Source of the DNA: a virus
Taxonomy: Duplodnaviria > Caudoviricetes
Length of the DNA stretch: 64,000 nucleotides
Direction: 5' to 3' (one strand)
Virus record (IMG/VR): IMGVR_UViG_2974666281_000001
Coordinates: 96,001-160,000 of that record
Below, piece by piece: positions 22,166 to 33,244 of the stretch. Positions within the stretch are counted from its first letter, which is position 1. Every line of letters begins with the position of its first letter. Made by a program: the position numbers and the translations under genes. Under the pieces are notes generated by a model. The model did no database searches. It had not been told where the DNA came from and was given only the letters and a program-made list of their open reading frames with translations.

Positions 22166-23382
22166 GTAAATCAGTCCAACGTGCTGGATATCCTAACGTT
22201 TCTATTAAGCTTTATCAAGATTATGACGCTTGGCTTCAGAACCGTTTTGTTGAACTTGCAGCCACATTCACAACACTAACAATGCGAGATGGTCTTTACG
22301 GTAATAACGAAGGACTTCTCCAGTTTTATGATAACAAAAATTTGCATACTAAAATGGATGGAGAACAAATTATCCAGATTTCTGTTGCAAATGCTAATAC
22401 ACAACGTACTATTTCAAGAATTTATGGAAGTAAGCACTTCAGTGTTGGCGTCGACTCTAAAGGGGATAACATCATCACTATTCAATTAGCCCCAATCCAT
22501 ATTCTTGAAAATTTAAAGTTCTCTCGTACTTTCTTTGCAAACGCATCTCAAAGTATAGCTGAAATGATTAACGTAATATATCAAGATAGACCTTTGATTT
22601 CGCCTGTGGTTGAATCATTGAACGTTTATGTTCCTAAGGTTCCTTGGTGTGACAATATTTCTAAATACTTTAACTTTGTTAGAGATACCGGATTAGCTGT
22701 CGATTCAGACCAATTTGTATTTGTTTGGGAAGATATTCAAGGTATAAGATTCATGGATTACCAACAAATGATAGCTCAAGAAGCTAAACCATTTATTATT
22801 GGTGAACCAAGATTGGTCGGGCAATTTGTTAACCAATTAGAAAATCCTATAGCTTTTGATTTTGAATGGCTTACTAAAGCTAATCAACATACACGCAATC
22901 CAATGACTAACGTGACAATTTACGCCCACTCTTTTGTTGATAAAGACGTAACTCGCATTGTTGTTGGTGAAGGACAGAACAGTGTATTAGTTTCTAGAAG
23001 TGGGGCTTACGCTGAACAAGTATACCGTAATGGGTATGAAGAAGCTTTACGTTTAGGGACTATGGCTCAGTACGATGGGTACGCACACGTAAAAACATAC
23101 GGTGATTTTGAATTGTGTCCAGGTCAAAAACTTAATTTTTATGACCAGAAAAACCAATTTGGAACCGATTTTTATATCGATGAAGTGATTCATGAAATAA
23201 GCAACAATCACTCAATCACTAATATCTACGCATTTACAAATGGTAAGCCGATTATTCCGGTAGAACCAATTAAGGTGAAAAATGAACTTAAAACTTATAA
23301 TCCCGATGAAAATATTGAAGATGAATGGGAAGGAAGTGAAGATACCGAAACTGGGACTGAAACACCACAAACTGATTCGTGA
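22162..23382 (+). CDS. gp27: baseplate hub subunit gp27
   Basis: [39 protein letters not shown]. Confidence 0.96.
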   Translation: MSKSVQRAGYPNVSIKLYQDYDAWLQNRFVELAATFTTLTMRDGLYGNNEGLLQFYDNKNLHTKMDGEQIIQISVANANTQRTISRIYGSKHFSVGVDSKGDNIITIQLAPIHILENLKFSRTFFANASQSIAEMINVIYQDRPLISPVVESLNVYVPKVPWCDNISKYFNFVRDTGLAVDSDQFVFVWEDIQGIRFMDYQQMIAQEAKPFIIGEPRLVGQFVNQLENPIAFDFEWLTKANQHTRNPMTNVTIYAHSFVDKDVTRIVVGEGQNSVLVSRSGAYAEQVYRNGYEEALRLGTMAQYDGYAHVKTYGDFELCPGQKLNFYDQKNQFGTDFYIDEVIHEISNNHSITNIYAFTNGKPIIPVEPIKVKNELKTYNPDENIEDEWEGSEDTETGTETPQTDS

Positions 23383-23821
23383 TGTCAGGTCTCCGGATGA
23401 AAATCTTAAAATCCTTATGGATTCTATTTACCAGGGTTTAACGGCTGCTGAAACAGATTTAGTAGCTTTACATCTTTTAGCTTTTAACCACAAATTAAAA
23501 GAAGAGGTCATAAAAGATGGCTTCACTTATAAACTATCCGAAGTTTATATCTGCCAACGCTTAGAACAACAATACAACGGGCATACTTTTTACTTCCGTT
23601 CTAATAAGCCGTTTGAGCAATTTGGCGCTGTTGACGATGTTTTAAAAACGTGCTTTATTAAAGTAGACGAATCTACAGAGTATCCTGATTTTATGGACAT
23701 GCCAGCGTTTGTTACTAAATGGGCAGACGATATTACTTCAACTGTCGCTATTCCTGGGCCTAATGGCCCTATCAAAGGAATAGGTCATATCATGGACATA
23801 TTAAATGAAAAAGCCAAGTAA
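23282..23821 (+). CDS. gp28: baseplate hub distal subunit gp28
   Basis: [23 protein letters not shown]; start could be 23282 or 23306. Confidence 0.9.
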   Translation: MNLKLIIPMKILKMNGKEVKIPKLGLKHHKLIRDVRSPDENLKILMDSIYQGLTAAETDLVALHLLAFNHKLKEEVIKDGFTYKLSEVYICQRLEQQYNGHTFYFRSNKPFEQFGAVDDVLKTCFIKVDESTEYPDFMDMPAFVTKWADDITSTVAIPGPNGPIKGIGHIMDILNEKAK

Positions 23822-25562
23822 TATGAGTACAATGCGACGTAAACAGATTGAAGATTCAGCGCCTGAGCGAAAAGCTCAGGCAACTGCCGATTCTCAAGTC
23901 GCATCATTAAACGATCTTAATTCAGGCTTAGGGGACCTCCAAGCCTCAAGTGAATTAATTGCTGATACCGTAGAAAATAAAGGTAATCAGATTCTAGGGA
24001 GTATCAGCGAATTAGGAAGTGGAATCCAAGAAGTTGCTGCTGCTTCTGAATTAGCTGCTGAAGCCTCTGAAAAAACCACTGAAGAAACTAGAAAATTAAA
24101 TGATGTTGCAGCTACCATCTCTGATAAACTTTCTAAGTTATCTCAGATGTTTGAACAAAAAATTAGTGGAACAGGAACAGATGTACCAGCATCTTCTCAG
24201 TCTAATGAATCAACTACATTAGCTGCTATTAAAGATGCTATGCCTCTTCAAGTAGAACAGCCTTCATTAAAAGAGCTTTTAGAAAAATTAATTCCAGATA
24301 ACCACCCTCTTCCTCCTGCTGACCCATTCCCAGAAGAACCTCAGGCTGAAGATAAACCTTCTAAACAAAAGAAAGATGGTGGCGATGGTCTTAAATTGGA
24401 AGACCTTTTAAAAGTAACTAAATCTGGGTTCAAAGCTACTATTGGTATAACCGATAAAATAGCAGGAATGTTATTTAAATTTTCTATAGCTGCTGCCGCA
24501 GAAGCAGCTAAAATGGCTGGTATGATATTTGCTGTTATTCTTGGTATAGACTTAATTAAAATTCATTTCAAATATTGGAGCGATTTATTCAATAAAAGTT
24601 TTGAAGAATTTTTTGAAAAGGCTGAAGAGTGGGGTCCTTTAATACAATCCGTAGTAGAAATGGCTGGTGAAATTTCTAATATGTGGAGCGAAAAGAACTG
24701 GTCTGGATTAGCTATGGCCATTATTAAAGGTATTGGTGATATCACGGTATCATTAGCTGATTTGATGTTTTTAGGTATCACTAAAATTACTGCGGCTATC
24801 CTCAGAGCAATAGGTATGGATGATAAGGCATTGACTGTAGAAGGTTATGGCTTAGAAAAATTCCAAGAATCTGGTGCAGCTCTTGACGATAAAGACCAAG
24901 AAACTCTGGCCCGCTATCAAGATCGTAATATGCTTGAAGATTCTAAAAAACGCCTTGAGTTCGCTGAAAAAATGAAAGACAAAACAGTACGAACCGTTGC
25001 TTTACAATACGGTTCTATTACTCAAGAAGAAGCAGACCAAATCGAAGCTGGGACTTATGTTAGACCTTCTGATAAAATGGCTGAACTTCCTGAAGATCAA
25101 CGTATTAATATTCTTAAGGCTCGTAACGAAGCTAAAGCTGCGATTAAACGTACTGAAGATTTAGCAGCTAAAACAAAACCTGATGATAAATCTAGAATTG
25201 AAAATTTAGACAAATCTATTGGTTCTATTTCAGATAGACTGAATGACCCTGCATTAGCAAATGCTCCTGAAGTCCGTAAAGAACTTCAAGAAGATTTATC
25301 TAAACTCACAGGCGAAGTTGAAAAGATTAAAGCTCCTATCAAAGTTGCTCCTGCTCCTGTTGAAGAACAAGAAGACGTTCAGAAAACTAAACGAATTGAA
25401 GAACAACAAAGAGCTATATCCGCTCCTACAGGCGCAGGCACTGGTGCAGCAAATATAGTGTCTAATACAGTTTTAAATAAGACTAATAAGACATCATATA
25501 ATATGCCGCCGCAAAGTTCTACTCCTGCGCCGGGTATGGGTGCATCAGCCCGTGTTAATTAA
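23805..25562 (+). CDS. gp29: baseplate hub / tail length regulator gp29
   Basis: 585-aa coiled-coil protein with hydrophobic core (DKIAGMLFKFS, GIDLIKIHFKYW) and PAPGM C-terminus; position 28-29-48. Confidence 0.92.
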   Translation: MKKPSNMSTMRRKQIEDSAPERKAQATADSQVASLNDLNSGLGDLQASSELIADTVENKGNQILGSISELGSGIQEVAAASELAAEASEKTTEETRKLNDVAATISDKLSKLSQMFEQKISGTGTDVPASSQSNESTTLAAIKDAMPLQVEQPSLKELLEKLIPDNHPLPPADPFPEEPQAEDKPSKQKKDGGDGLKLEDLLKVTKSGFKATIGITDKIAGMLFKFSIAAAAEAAKMAGMIFAVILGIDLIKIHFKYWSDLFNKSFEEFFEKAEEWGPLIQSVVEMAGEISNMWSEKNWSGLAMAIIKGIGDITVSLADLMFLGITKITAAILRAIGMDDKALTVEGYGLEKFQESGAALDDKDQETLARYQDRNMLEDSKKRLEFAEKMKDKTVRTVALQYGSITQEEADQIEAGTYVRPSDKMAELPEDQRINILKARNEAKAAIKRTEDLAAKTKPDDKSRIENLDKSIGSISDRLNDPALANAPEVRKELQEDLSKLTGEVEKIKAPIKVAPAPVEEQEDVQKTKRIEEQQRAISAPTGAGTGAANIVSNTVLNKTNKTSYNMPPQSSTPAPGMGASARVN

Positions 25563-25570
25563 GGAATTTT

Positions 25571-26671
25571 ATGAACGTAACATTATTAGATAATCCAGGA
25601 GCGGTGAGTTTTACTAAAGCTGCTCCAAGAGATTTAATCCCTGACATTCCTAAATTTGTTAAGGGCGAAACAACCTCAGCGGGACAGAGTAAACTGTCCC
25701 CTATTCGCAAAACTATTACTGCTCAATATCCAGCAGAACGTGCTTCAGGTAATGATGGTATTAATGACTTAAGGATTAACGACCTCTATAAAAATGGGCT
25801 GTTATTTACAGCCTATGATTATAAATCAAGAACTACTCCTGATATGCGTTCTTTACGAGCGTCAGAAATTGATAAAGCTCTTGGGTCTTTTAATCCAGTA
25901 AAAGGGACTTCTATAGAAAGTGCTAAAACATTTGATAAAAGCCCTATAGCTAATATACTTTTACCACGTTCTAAATCTGATGTTGATTCGGTTTCACACA
26001 AATTTAATGATGTTGGCGAATCGCTTATTACTCGTGGTGGAGGGACTGCCACTGGAGTATTGAGTAATATCGCATCTACTACTGTATTTGGTGCAATTGA
26101 ATCAATGACCCAAGGTTGGATGTCCGACCACGGTGAACAGATTTATAACACTGCTCGTAGTATGTACGCTGGTCCAGATAACCGTACGAAGGTATTTACT
26201 TGGGATTTAACCCCTCGTAACGTCCAGGATTTAATTCAAATTGTCAACATCTACGAGACTTTTAACTATTTCTCGTATGGTGAAACAGGCAATAGTAATT
26301 TCGCTGCTGAGTTAAAAGAGCAAATCGATACATGGTATAAAACGACCTTTATTGATAAATTAACTCCTGACGGAGCTGACACAAGCAATACAATGATGGA
26401 GCAAGTAACTTCATTCTTGAGTAATGTTATCGTTGTAAGTAACCCTACGGTGTGGTTTATTCGTAACTTTGGTAAGACTTCTTCATTTGATGGAAGACCA
26501 GATGTATTTGGTCCTTGTCAAATCCAAAGTATTCGTTTTGATAAATCGCCTAATGGTAACTTTAATGGATTAGCTGTTGCTCCTAACCTTCCAAGTTCAT
26601 TTGTTCTCGAAATCACTTTCCGTGAAATCTTGACCTTGAACCGTGGAACTCTTTATAATGGAGCTTTATAA
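25571..26671 (+). CDS. gp48: baseplate tail-tube cap gp48
   Basis: AQYPAERASGND, LYKNGLLFTAYD, FGPCQIQSIRFDKSP, LEITFREILTLNR. Confidence 0.95.
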   Translation: MNVTLLDNPGAVSFTKAAPRDLIPDIPKFVKGETTSAGQSKLSPIRKTITAQYPAERASGNDGINDLRINDLYKNGLLFTAYDYKSRTTPDMRSLRASEIDKALGSFNPVKGTSIESAKTFDKSPIANILLPRSKSDVDSVSHKFNDVGESLITRGGGTATGVLSNIASTTVFGAIESMTQGWMSDHGEQIYNTARSMYAGPDNRTKVFTWDLTPRNVQDLIQIVNIYETFNYFSYGETGNSNFAAELKEQIDTWYKTTFIDKLTPDGADTSNTMMEQVTSFLSNVIVVSNPTVWFIRNFGKTSSFDGRPDVFGPCQIQSIRFDKSPNGNFNGLAVAPNLPSSFVLEITFREILTLNRGTLYNGAL

Positions 26672-27636
26672 TGTTTACATTAGAAGAATTTAAAAACCAA
26701 GCTGGTAATATTGACTTCCAACGCACTAACCTTTTTAGTGTTGTATTTGCAACAACTCCATCTAGCAAATCGCAACAACTTTTAGACCAATTTGGTGGTA
26801 CGTTATTCAATAATATTGCAGTGGATTCTGACTGGTTAGGATTAAAGCCTGGGGATATCACCCAGGCAGTAACCGCTGTGGCCGTAGCTGGCGGCCAGCA
26901 GTTAATTCGAAAGTCAGGTATAAGTAAATATCTGATTGGCGCCATGTCTAACAGGGTTGTGCAGAGCTTACTAGGTGAGTTCGAAGTAGGAACATATTTG
27001 TTAGACTTTTTTAATATGGCATTTCCAACTTCAGGTTTAATGGTCTCTGCAGTTAAGATTCCAGAAAACCAATTACAACACGAAATGGATTTAAACCATA
27101 ACGCACCAAACATTAGAATCACTGGGCGTGATTATACCCCATTAATTCTTACTTTCCGAATAGACCCTGAAGCAAGTAATTTCCGTGCAATGCATGATTG
27201 GGTTAACTCTGTTCAAGACCCGGTAACAGGATTAAGAGCATTACCTGAAGATGTTGAAGCTGACATCCAAGTTAACCTCCATGCTCGTAATGGATTACCA
27301 CATACCGTAATGATGTTCCAAGGATGTGTCCCTGTGGGCGTCAGTGCACCTGAATTATCTTATGATGGTGATAATCAGATTGCAACATTTGATGTCTCTT
27401 TCGCCTACAGGGTTATGTCTGTTGGTGCTGTAGGACGTCAGGCGGCTATGGATTGGTTAGAAGATAAAGCTATAAACGTTATCAGTGGAATTAGTTCTGA
27501 AATGAGCTTAAACTCTAGTCTTTCTAGATTAAGTCGACTTTCAGGAGCAGGCGGTGGGTTGAGTAGTGTTCTTACTGGCGCTGGAAGAAAGACCGGATTA
27601 TGGTCATCGCAATCGAAGATTTTGGGTGGGATATAA
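26671..27636 (+). CDS. gp54: baseplate tail-tube initiator gp54
   Basis: MFTLEEFKNQAGNIDFQRTNLFS, DWVNSVQDPVTGLRALP. Confidence 0.95.
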   Translation: MFTLEEFKNQAGNIDFQRTNLFSVVFATTPSSKSQQLLDQFGGTLFNNIAVDSDWLGLKPGDITQAVTAVAVAGGQQLIRKSGISKYLIGAMSNRVVQSLLGEFEVGTYLLDFFNMAFPTSGLMVSAVKIPENQLQHEMDLNHNAPNIRITGRDYTPLILTFRIDPEASNFRAMHDWVNSVQDPVTGLRALPEDVEADIQVNLHARNGLPHTVMMFQGCVPVGVSAPELSYDGDNQIATFDVSFAYRVMSVGAVGRQAAMDWLEDKAINVISGISSEMSLNSSLSRLSRLSGAGGGLSSVLTGAGRKTGLWSSQSKILGGI

Positions 27637-27664
27637 AAAAAGGGAGAGCGAAAGCTCTCCCTTT
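27635..27664. terminator. terminator between convergent gp54 and alt.-3-like gene
   Basis: AAAGGGAGAGC-GAAA-GCTCTCCCTTT with A run upstream. Confidence 0.8.
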
Positions 27665-27669
27665 AGGGT

Positions 27670-27981
27670 TTATTTACGGAAGCCGATGAAAGCTGGGAGT
27701 TCAAGGAACAGACTAACAAATGAAGTCTCTTCAGACGAACCTTTATGGAAGAACTGTACTGAAACCGGGAATTCACCTTCGATATTTCCGTGGAGGATTC
27801 CATTTACAATGCTATCAGTTTGGTCTTCTTTACCAAAGACCTCTTGTGGAACCATTACTACATCGTAGAGTTCAGGATTCTTTAGAATCAAAGCAGTAGC
27901 TTTAGTTGCAAACTCTTCTGAGATAGGAGTAACATTTTCAACAGTAAGTTCAGTTTGGTTCAGACGTAAGATAGATTTCAT
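27670..27981 (-). CDS. alt.-3: Alt.-3-like hypothetical protein (true start MKSILRL)
   Basis: 103 aa, ends ELPAFIGFRK; GAGGA SD and own early promoter; position downstream of alt. Confidence 0.75.
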   Translation of the reverse strand: MKSILRLNQTELTVENVTPISEEFATKATALILKNPELYDVVMVPQEVFGKEDQTDSIVNGILHGNIEGEFPVSVQFFHKGSSEETSFVSLFLELPAFIGFRK

Positions 27982-28009
27982 ATTAAGTTCCTCATGTTTG
28001 TGTAGGAAC

Positions 28010-28039
28010 ATAGTACCACGTCCTTGTGGTGTTGTAAAC
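28010..28039 (-). promoter_or_regulatory. T4-type early promoter
   Basis: GTTTACA-N17-TACTAT on the minus strand. Confidence 0.8.
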
Positions 28040-30141
28040 TATCCTTGGATAAATTTCTCAGGAATATCTGAAAGGTCAATAAATGAAGCTAAAAGGCCAA
28101 GTGATTCATTAGCTTTCTTACGTACGTTAGAAGAAGCGAAAGATGCAAATGATACCAGACCTTCCGGTTCATCCATAGCAACCAACTCGCCAGATTCTAT
28201 CAAAGCATCACCGTCATATACTACTGCTTCATCGAGTTGTTCTGAAGTCATGACTTCTGCTTGGATGAATTTTTGGTTGCTGTATTCAATGCCATCATTA
28301 TATGAAGCATCGGTGATTTTGTTAATCTTAAGCATAGTACCACGTGGGAGAATGATTTCCATTTCATGAGGCATATGACTTACATCACCAGGATAAACCA
28401 CATTGATTTTATGAGCACCTTCAATAGCCCAACCAACAGAAACTTTAACTTCAGTTTCACCTTTTTCTTGGCTTAATCTAATGTTATGACCTTTGATTAC
28501 AGCGTCTTCAGTACCGCCATCTATATTCAATACGTCTCGAGTATTATCCGAAGTCATCGCTACACCTAAGTTACCTTTCCAACCACCAAAGATGATAGGC
28601 ATCAAAGACGTAGAAACATAATTTCGGAAATAGAAAACTCTGTTTTTAACTAACGAATCGTAAATAGGCTTTCTGATAGTTTGTGCTCGCCATAAGGTCA
28701 AACCTTCTGGAATACGGTCACCCTTTTTAAAAGCGTCATCAAGATTTTTAATTGCAGTAGTGACTTCTTTTGCTTCCATAGTTTCTCTAGAAGTCTCATC
28801 ATATCTGCCTAAAAGCATATTGTTAATATCATAATAGCCAGAACCACAATATTCTTTTATACCACGTTTTTCTGCTGGGGTATATTGTTTAGGGGTACGC
28901 ATCATAGTAATATGATGAATATTCTGAGATACGTTTTTAGCATAACCTTGAAGAGCATCTTTAATAAGCTTAACTCGACTTATATTCCACATTTTCAATG
29001 CCATAGCTTCTTTATCTTCACGACTAAAATGCATAGGCGCATCATTAAGATGCTTTTCAACAAAGTTGTGTTTATACTCTTCAACTTTATCAAGAATCGT
29101 TTGGGTAAAGGCTTGCATACTTTCAACTGAAGTTAAATTGGCATCACCAATTCGTTTTTCTAGCTCTTTTTGAATAGTTGGTTCTAGTTTTTCTGCTTGG
29201 GATGGTTTAAGACCTGTCAATTCACTGATTCGCCAAGAAATAGAACTAGCCGCTAATGCAGAAGAATGAGATTTGGCTGCTTTAGACGTCAAATTAATGA
29301 CAATTTCTTCAGCTTCTGGAATTACTTCAGCCGATGCTGGTCGACTGAATTCGGCAGCTGTAGTTTCGTATTCTTCAAATTTTGAAGGGTCTAAAATTAC
29401 ATCAGTCGGTAAAGATTGTGAACTAGCAATAGCTCGTCGTGAAACCTTAGTACGATTAATGATTGCACGGTCAGTACGATCTTTTTCAATCTCAGCGATA
29501 GAACCGGCAATAGCTTCTTCTTTAGTTACGTTATTGCCTGTTTTCTTGGAAACAAACACATCGCCAACTTGGGATTCAACTTTAGTATATAAATCAGTAT
29601 TGATTTCAGGGATGCCAGAGATATCCTCTAGACCACGAGCCTTACGATAGATGAATACATATGCATGCTTAGCTGTAAAGTTATACAGAGCGTCTAGCAC
29701 TTTAAATTGTCCACCAGTACGAGCCATCACTAAACGGTTCATGATACGTTGGACTGTTTTCTCTTGCCCTTTCATTTTCTTAGCTGGGAATCGGAACATC
29801 ACAGCATCCATACGATTCTTTTTAACAACTGCATAAACAGTATCGAAAATCGTATTTAACGCACCAACAGGGTCAGAACCTAAACCACCTTTGAGTTCAG
29901 CAGGAGTTCCTTTATCGCTTAATGACATCAGGATAACGTGAGCGTATTTATCACCTTGTTTAACCTGTTTAATAGCATCGCCTTGGGATAGATATGAAAC
30001 CATACGTGCAACGAGCTTATCGTTACCTGGAACTTTAACAGCCCATAGCTGTGGTACTTTAGCCTTAGGGTTCAAGTTAATGACAGGATAATTCTTTTCT
30101 GAATCACTATCAAAAACTTCAACCAATAAATTATCAGTCAT
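28039..30141 (-). CDS. alt: Alt, RNA polymerase ADP-ribosyltransferase (virion-packaged)
   Basis: NLNPKAKVPQLW N-terminus; R-S-E ART motifs LWRAQ, YVSTS, HEMEIILPRG; 700 aa; CATAAATA late-type promoter at 30174-30181. Confidence 0.94.
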   Translation of the reverse strand: MTDNLLVEVFDSDSEKNYPVINLNPKAKVPQLWAVKVPGNDKLVARMVSYLSQGDAIKQVKQGDKYAHVILMSLSDKGTPAELKGGLGSDPVGALNTIFDTVYAVVKKNRMDAVMFRFPAKKMKGQEKTVQRIMNRLVMARTGGQFKVLDALYNFTAKHAYVFIYRKARGLEDISGIPEINTDLYTKVESQVGDVFVSKKTGNNVTKEEAIAGSIAEIEKDRTDRAIINRTKVSRRAIASSQSLPTDVILDPSKFEEYETTAAEFSRPASAEVIPEAEEIVINLTSKAAKSHSSALAASSISWRISELTGLKPSQAEKLEPTIQKELEKRIGDANLTSVESMQAFTQTILDKVEEYKHNFVEKHLNDAPMHFSREDKEAMALKMWNISRVKLIKDALQGYAKNVSQNIHHITMMRTPKQYTPAEKRGIKEYCGSGYYDINNMLLGRYDETSRETMEAKEVTTAIKNLDDAFKKGDRIPEGLTLWRAQTIRKPIYDSLVKNRVFYFRNYVSTSLMPIIFGGWKGNLGVAMTSDNTRDVLNIDGGTEDAVIKGHNIRLSQEKGETEVKVSVGWAIEGAHKINVVYPGDVSHMPHEMEIILPRGTMLKINKITDASYNDGIEYSNQKFIQAEVMTSEQLDEAVVYDGDALIESGELVAMDEPEGLVSFASFASSNVRKKANESLGLLASFIDLSDIPEKFIQG

Positions 30142-30206
30142 AGTGTTACCTTTAGCAGTTTATTATGTACTCGTATTTATGCCCGAAAGGAGCCCGAAGG
30201 CTCCTA

Positions 30207-30389
30207 TTACATTGGCATTAAAGTTCGATAAACTTCAAAATACATTGTTTTTTCGTATGTATCTAATCGGTCGCTAAAAGTAATATAAGCATTATAGTCT
30301 TTAAAATCTAGAACTATTTGAGAACAAGAGGTGGAAACATCTCCACCTGCTTTACGAGCAACAACAATTGTTTCTAAGTAAGCTTTCAT
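30207..30389 (-). CDS. alt.1: Alt.1-like protein
   Basis: MKAYLETIVVARKAGGDVSTSCSQIVLDF; ATGA overlap with ligase. Confidence 0.85.
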   Translation of the reverse strand: MKAYLETIVVARKAGGDVSTSCSQIVLDFKDYNAYITFSDRLDTYEKTMYFEVYRTLMPM

Positions 30390-31882
30390 TTGATACCTGT
30401 CGTTTCAGTAAAGTCGCCAAACACTTCGTCGAAGGTATCAGCTTTAGTTTTATCAAAACGCCAGCCTTTAATAATCGGCAAGAAGATACCAACAGTACCA
30501 TCTTTACGACCTTCAGACGTTACCCAACCATTACACTCACAGTCAGCAATACGTCCTACTAATTTACCTTCGCGAGCTAATTTCATTAGATATTCACGGT
30601 CCATTTCATCACGAGCTGAAATAGGAATATCTACCCATTTTTTGGTTTTCTTATCGCGAACACGAGTTGTGTCTGTGAAACCAGAACCACAGTCAGTAGT
30701 AATACGGCCACAAGATGAACGAAGTCGGACACCACCTATTTTGTTAGGGTCTTTGGAATGAGCATAATAATCCACTACTTCAAGAGCAATATCGATTACT
30801 TCTTTAAACTTAACTAAGTTCTTAGAACGCTTGTTTTCCCAATAAGAAGCCATGTTCTTCAGGATAATACCTTCAAGCTTCATGTCTACATATTTTTTGT
30901 AAACTGCAGCAGCTTCTTCGAGGTTATTAACCCAATGGTTTTCAATCAAGATAACAGAATCATAGCCTTCAATTATTAATTCAAGAGCTTTGAATCGAAC
31001 GTCGTATTTGAAGCCTTTAATTGTTCCTTCAGAATAAACTTCATCAAGAGGAACCAAGTCCCAAACCTGGAACTTCATACCAGCAGCTTCTTCTTTAGAA
31101 ATAGTGCCTTTCAGAGACTTATTAGCCAGCCCGTTTGAAGTACTACGGTCGACAACAGCTTCTTCAGTTTCTTCTTCCTCGCCAAACAAGAAGTCTAACG
31201 CAGCATCTGATGTTTTTTTAGCAGGAGCATGATAAACCAATTCACCATCTACCATAACACCACTAGGATGTTTCAGACGTTCTTCTTTAGTCATTTCCAT
31301 AAGCTCAGAAGCTAACAGATCAAGACCTTGGTATTCATTACCAGCTCGACTATAGAAAGTTACCCCATCATCAGTTACTTCAGCAAAACAACGTGCGCCA
31401 TCGGCTTTAAGTTGGGCAAATGCCGGGAACTTGATATGTTTCTTGATGAGCTTTTCATCATAAGCAGAAGCCAACATCTGAGGCTGCTGTGGAATCAAGT
31501 TCTTCCATACACGGTTAGGTAAGGTAACACCTGCACCACACTCAAGGTCACGCATCATTACACGACGCAAGACTTCAGTGTCGCCTTCTTCAGCATTATT
31601 CAGATCATAGATAACCATAGCTAAATGGTCAATAGCCTTTTGCCCAGACAGAGCACGTGTAGCTAATTTTTGTTCTAAGAAATCTAAAGCTGAAGTTAAT
31701 GTTTGAATACCACGAGTTGGTATAGCTTCAGGCCATTTCTTGATGCCATAATTGAAGCGTTTAGAATAAGCCATTAAGAAAACACGTTTCAGCAGTTCAT
31801 TATCTTTTTCGCGTTCTAAGATAGCTTGTTTTCCGTTAATGGAATCAGTTCCTGCGATTTCATTCAAAATTTGTAGAATCAT
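30386..31882 (-). CDS. gp30: ATP-dependent DNA ligase gp30
   Basis: Motif I AQLKADGAR, VDGELV, EGIILKN, WENKRSKNLVKFK, IFLPI. Confidence 0.98.
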   Translation of the reverse strand: MILQILNEIAGTDSINGKQAILEREKDNELLKRVFLMAYSKRFNYGIKKWPEAIPTRGIQTLTSALDFLEQKLATRALSGQKAIDHLAMVIYDLNNAEEGDTEVLRRVMMRDLECGAGVTLPNRVWKNLIPQQPQMLASAYDEKLIKKHIKFPAFAQLKADGARCFAEVTDDGVTFYSRAGNEYQGLDLLASELMEMTKEERLKHPSGVMVDGELVYHAPAKKTSDAALDFLFGEEEETEEAVVDRSTSNGLANKSLKGTISKEEAAGMKFQVWDLVPLDEVYSEGTIKGFKYDVRFKALELIIEGYDSVILIENHWVNNLEEAAAVYKKYVDMKLEGIILKNMASYWENKRSKNLVKFKEVIDIALEVVDYYAHSKDPNKIGGVRLRSSCGRITTDCGSGFTDTTRVRDKKTKKWVDIPISARDEMDREYLMKLAREGKLVGRIADCECNGWVTSEGRKDGTVGIFLPIIKGWRFDKTKADTFDEVFGDFTETTGIK

Positions 31883-31890
31883 AATATGTC

Positions 31891-32157
31891 CTATCGACCA
31901 GATTGATTTCTATTATAAGCCACTTCTTCGTTCAGCAAGTCTAACCGTTTGTGATATGAAATCAACAGTTGGTTGCCTTCGCGGAACAGTGTACGCTCAT
32001 ATTCACGAATGTAGATGAAGCCTTGTTCAACACATTCTTTGAAGATAGGTTCTTCTTTGGCTTGTCTGAACAATGGATATTCACGGAAGAATTGATTAAC
32101 GTGACCGAAGTCACGTGTTGTATTACGACCATTACTTAAATTATGTACTACAAACAT
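31891..32157 (-). CDS. 30.1: gp30.1-like protein
   Basis: MFVVH...TTRDFGHVNQFFREYPLFR, FKECVEQGFIY. Confidence 0.88.
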   Translation of the reverse strand: MFVVHNLSNGRNTTRDFGHVNQFFREYPLFRQAKEEPIFKECVEQGFIYIREYERTLFREGNQLLISYHKRLDLLNEEVAYNRNQSGR

Positions 32158-32158
32158 A

Positions 32159-32899
32159 TTAGTACCCGTTAGGAGTTCGGTAATAGGCTTTTAATGTATC
32201 TTCGCCTATAGGCTTAGTCCATTTAGACATATTGATACGTTCATTCAAAAGAATATCATCAAATATTCTTGAATCACGACCTTTTTTAGATTCTAGCTCT
32301 GAGATGTGGTCCCAGTCTTTAACTTTAGTCCCTTTAACAGAGACGACATCTCGTTCACCACGAGGCATCCAATAAACCGGACAGTTCAAGATATCTGCAG
32401 CAGAATCACAATGATGCGCTAAATCATCAACGTAGAATTTAACGCGGCTACCATATTTCAAACGAACTTTAGTCAGAATGATTTCTTTACTTTCATCATG
32501 ACCACACATGTAAACGTCCTGGAACGCGCCTGGGAACAGAGCATTTAAATTGAATTGTCTATTCAGACGAGCATCAATAGAATTGCCTAGCGCCGTGACA
32601 GCTACAAAATCATGTGTTTTCTTGAGCTTGTTCACTTGACGCAGTGCATCAATATATGGCGCCAGATAACGAATGAAATCTGAGCAGTTATACTTCTCAA
32701 TCAGTTGTTTGCCAAGAGAGTCATCACACCCAAACAACTTACCAGGTTCGACAAATTTATCATCTTGAATCATATCAAGAATATGCTCAAGAGGCAAATT
32801 ATATTTTTGAGCGAAATAAGGTAACCCTGATTGCCAACTCAGTAGAACTCCATCTACATCAGTTGCGATTACTTTACGCTCTATTTTCAGATTCTGCAC
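32159..32899 (-). CDS. 30.2: gp30.2, HAD-like hydrolase
   Basis: TDVDGVLLSWQSGLPYFAQKY (DxD motif), YVDDLAHH; GTG start. Confidence 0.9.
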   Translation of the reverse strand: MQNLKIERKVIATDVDGVLLSWQSGLPYFAQKYNLPLEHILDMIQDDKFVEPGKLFGCDDSLGKQLIEKYNCSDFIRYLAPYIDALRQVNKLKKTHDFVAVTALGNSIDARLNRQFNLNALFPGAFQDVYMCGHDESKEIILTKVRLKYGSRVKFYVDDLAHHCDSAADILNCPVYWMPRGERDVVSVKGTKVKDWDHISELESKKGRDSRIFDDILLNERINMSKWTKPIGEDTLKAYYRTPNGY

Positions 32900-33053
32900 G
32901 TCGTTTTGCCTCTAAGATTAAATGAAGAACGATATTTGATTTAGGGGTAATGCTTCCAGGCACAGTCATCATAGATATTTCACCCAGAGCAAATCCACTT
33001 TTATTAGGAGTCTTTACTTCAGGCCAAACTAAAACAGGCCAAGGTTGAGTCAT
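32874..33053 (-). CDS. hypothetical protein (59 aa, absent from ORF track)
   Basis: MTQPWPVLVWPEVKTPNKSGFALGEISMMTVPGSITPKSNIVLHLILEAKRRAESENRA*; ATGA overlap with upstream gene, fills the gap to 30.2. Confidence 0.65.
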   Translation of the reverse strand: MTQPWPVLVWPEVKTPNKSGFALGEISMMTVPGSITPKSNIVLHLILEAKRRAESENRA

Positions 33054-33244
33054 CGTTCTTGTACCTCAAATTCACCAAATACTGAATTATTAACACTAAT
33101 ATGAGAATACTCACCTTCATCGGTCAAAACGAGAACCATTTGACCATTAGGAGAAATCTTTTCAATTTGATATTGCTTACCTTCAGTGAAAAGGTCTTTG
33201 TACTGAGAGAAAATACGTTTAGCAAGCAGGTTCGAAGCAATCAT
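33050..33244 (-). CDS. hypothetical protein
   Basis: 64 aa, LFTEGKQYQIEK...VLTDEG, possible SH3-like beta protein; in operon. Confidence 0.65.
   Translation of the reverse strand: MIASNLLAKRIFSQYKDLFTEGKQYQIEKISPNGQMVLVLTDEGEYSHISVNNSVFGEFEVQER

Noticed and set aside
23282-23382. 101-nt overlap of genes 27 and 28 with acidic gp27 tail
   Set aside because: 27/28 overlap also occurs in T4; the tail is probably a by-product of stop position
28009-28345. 13-nt repeat CATAGTACCACGT in the alt.-3 promoter and inside alt
   Set aside because: Single short match; one copy encodes the conserved PRGTM of Alt, so chance is sufficient
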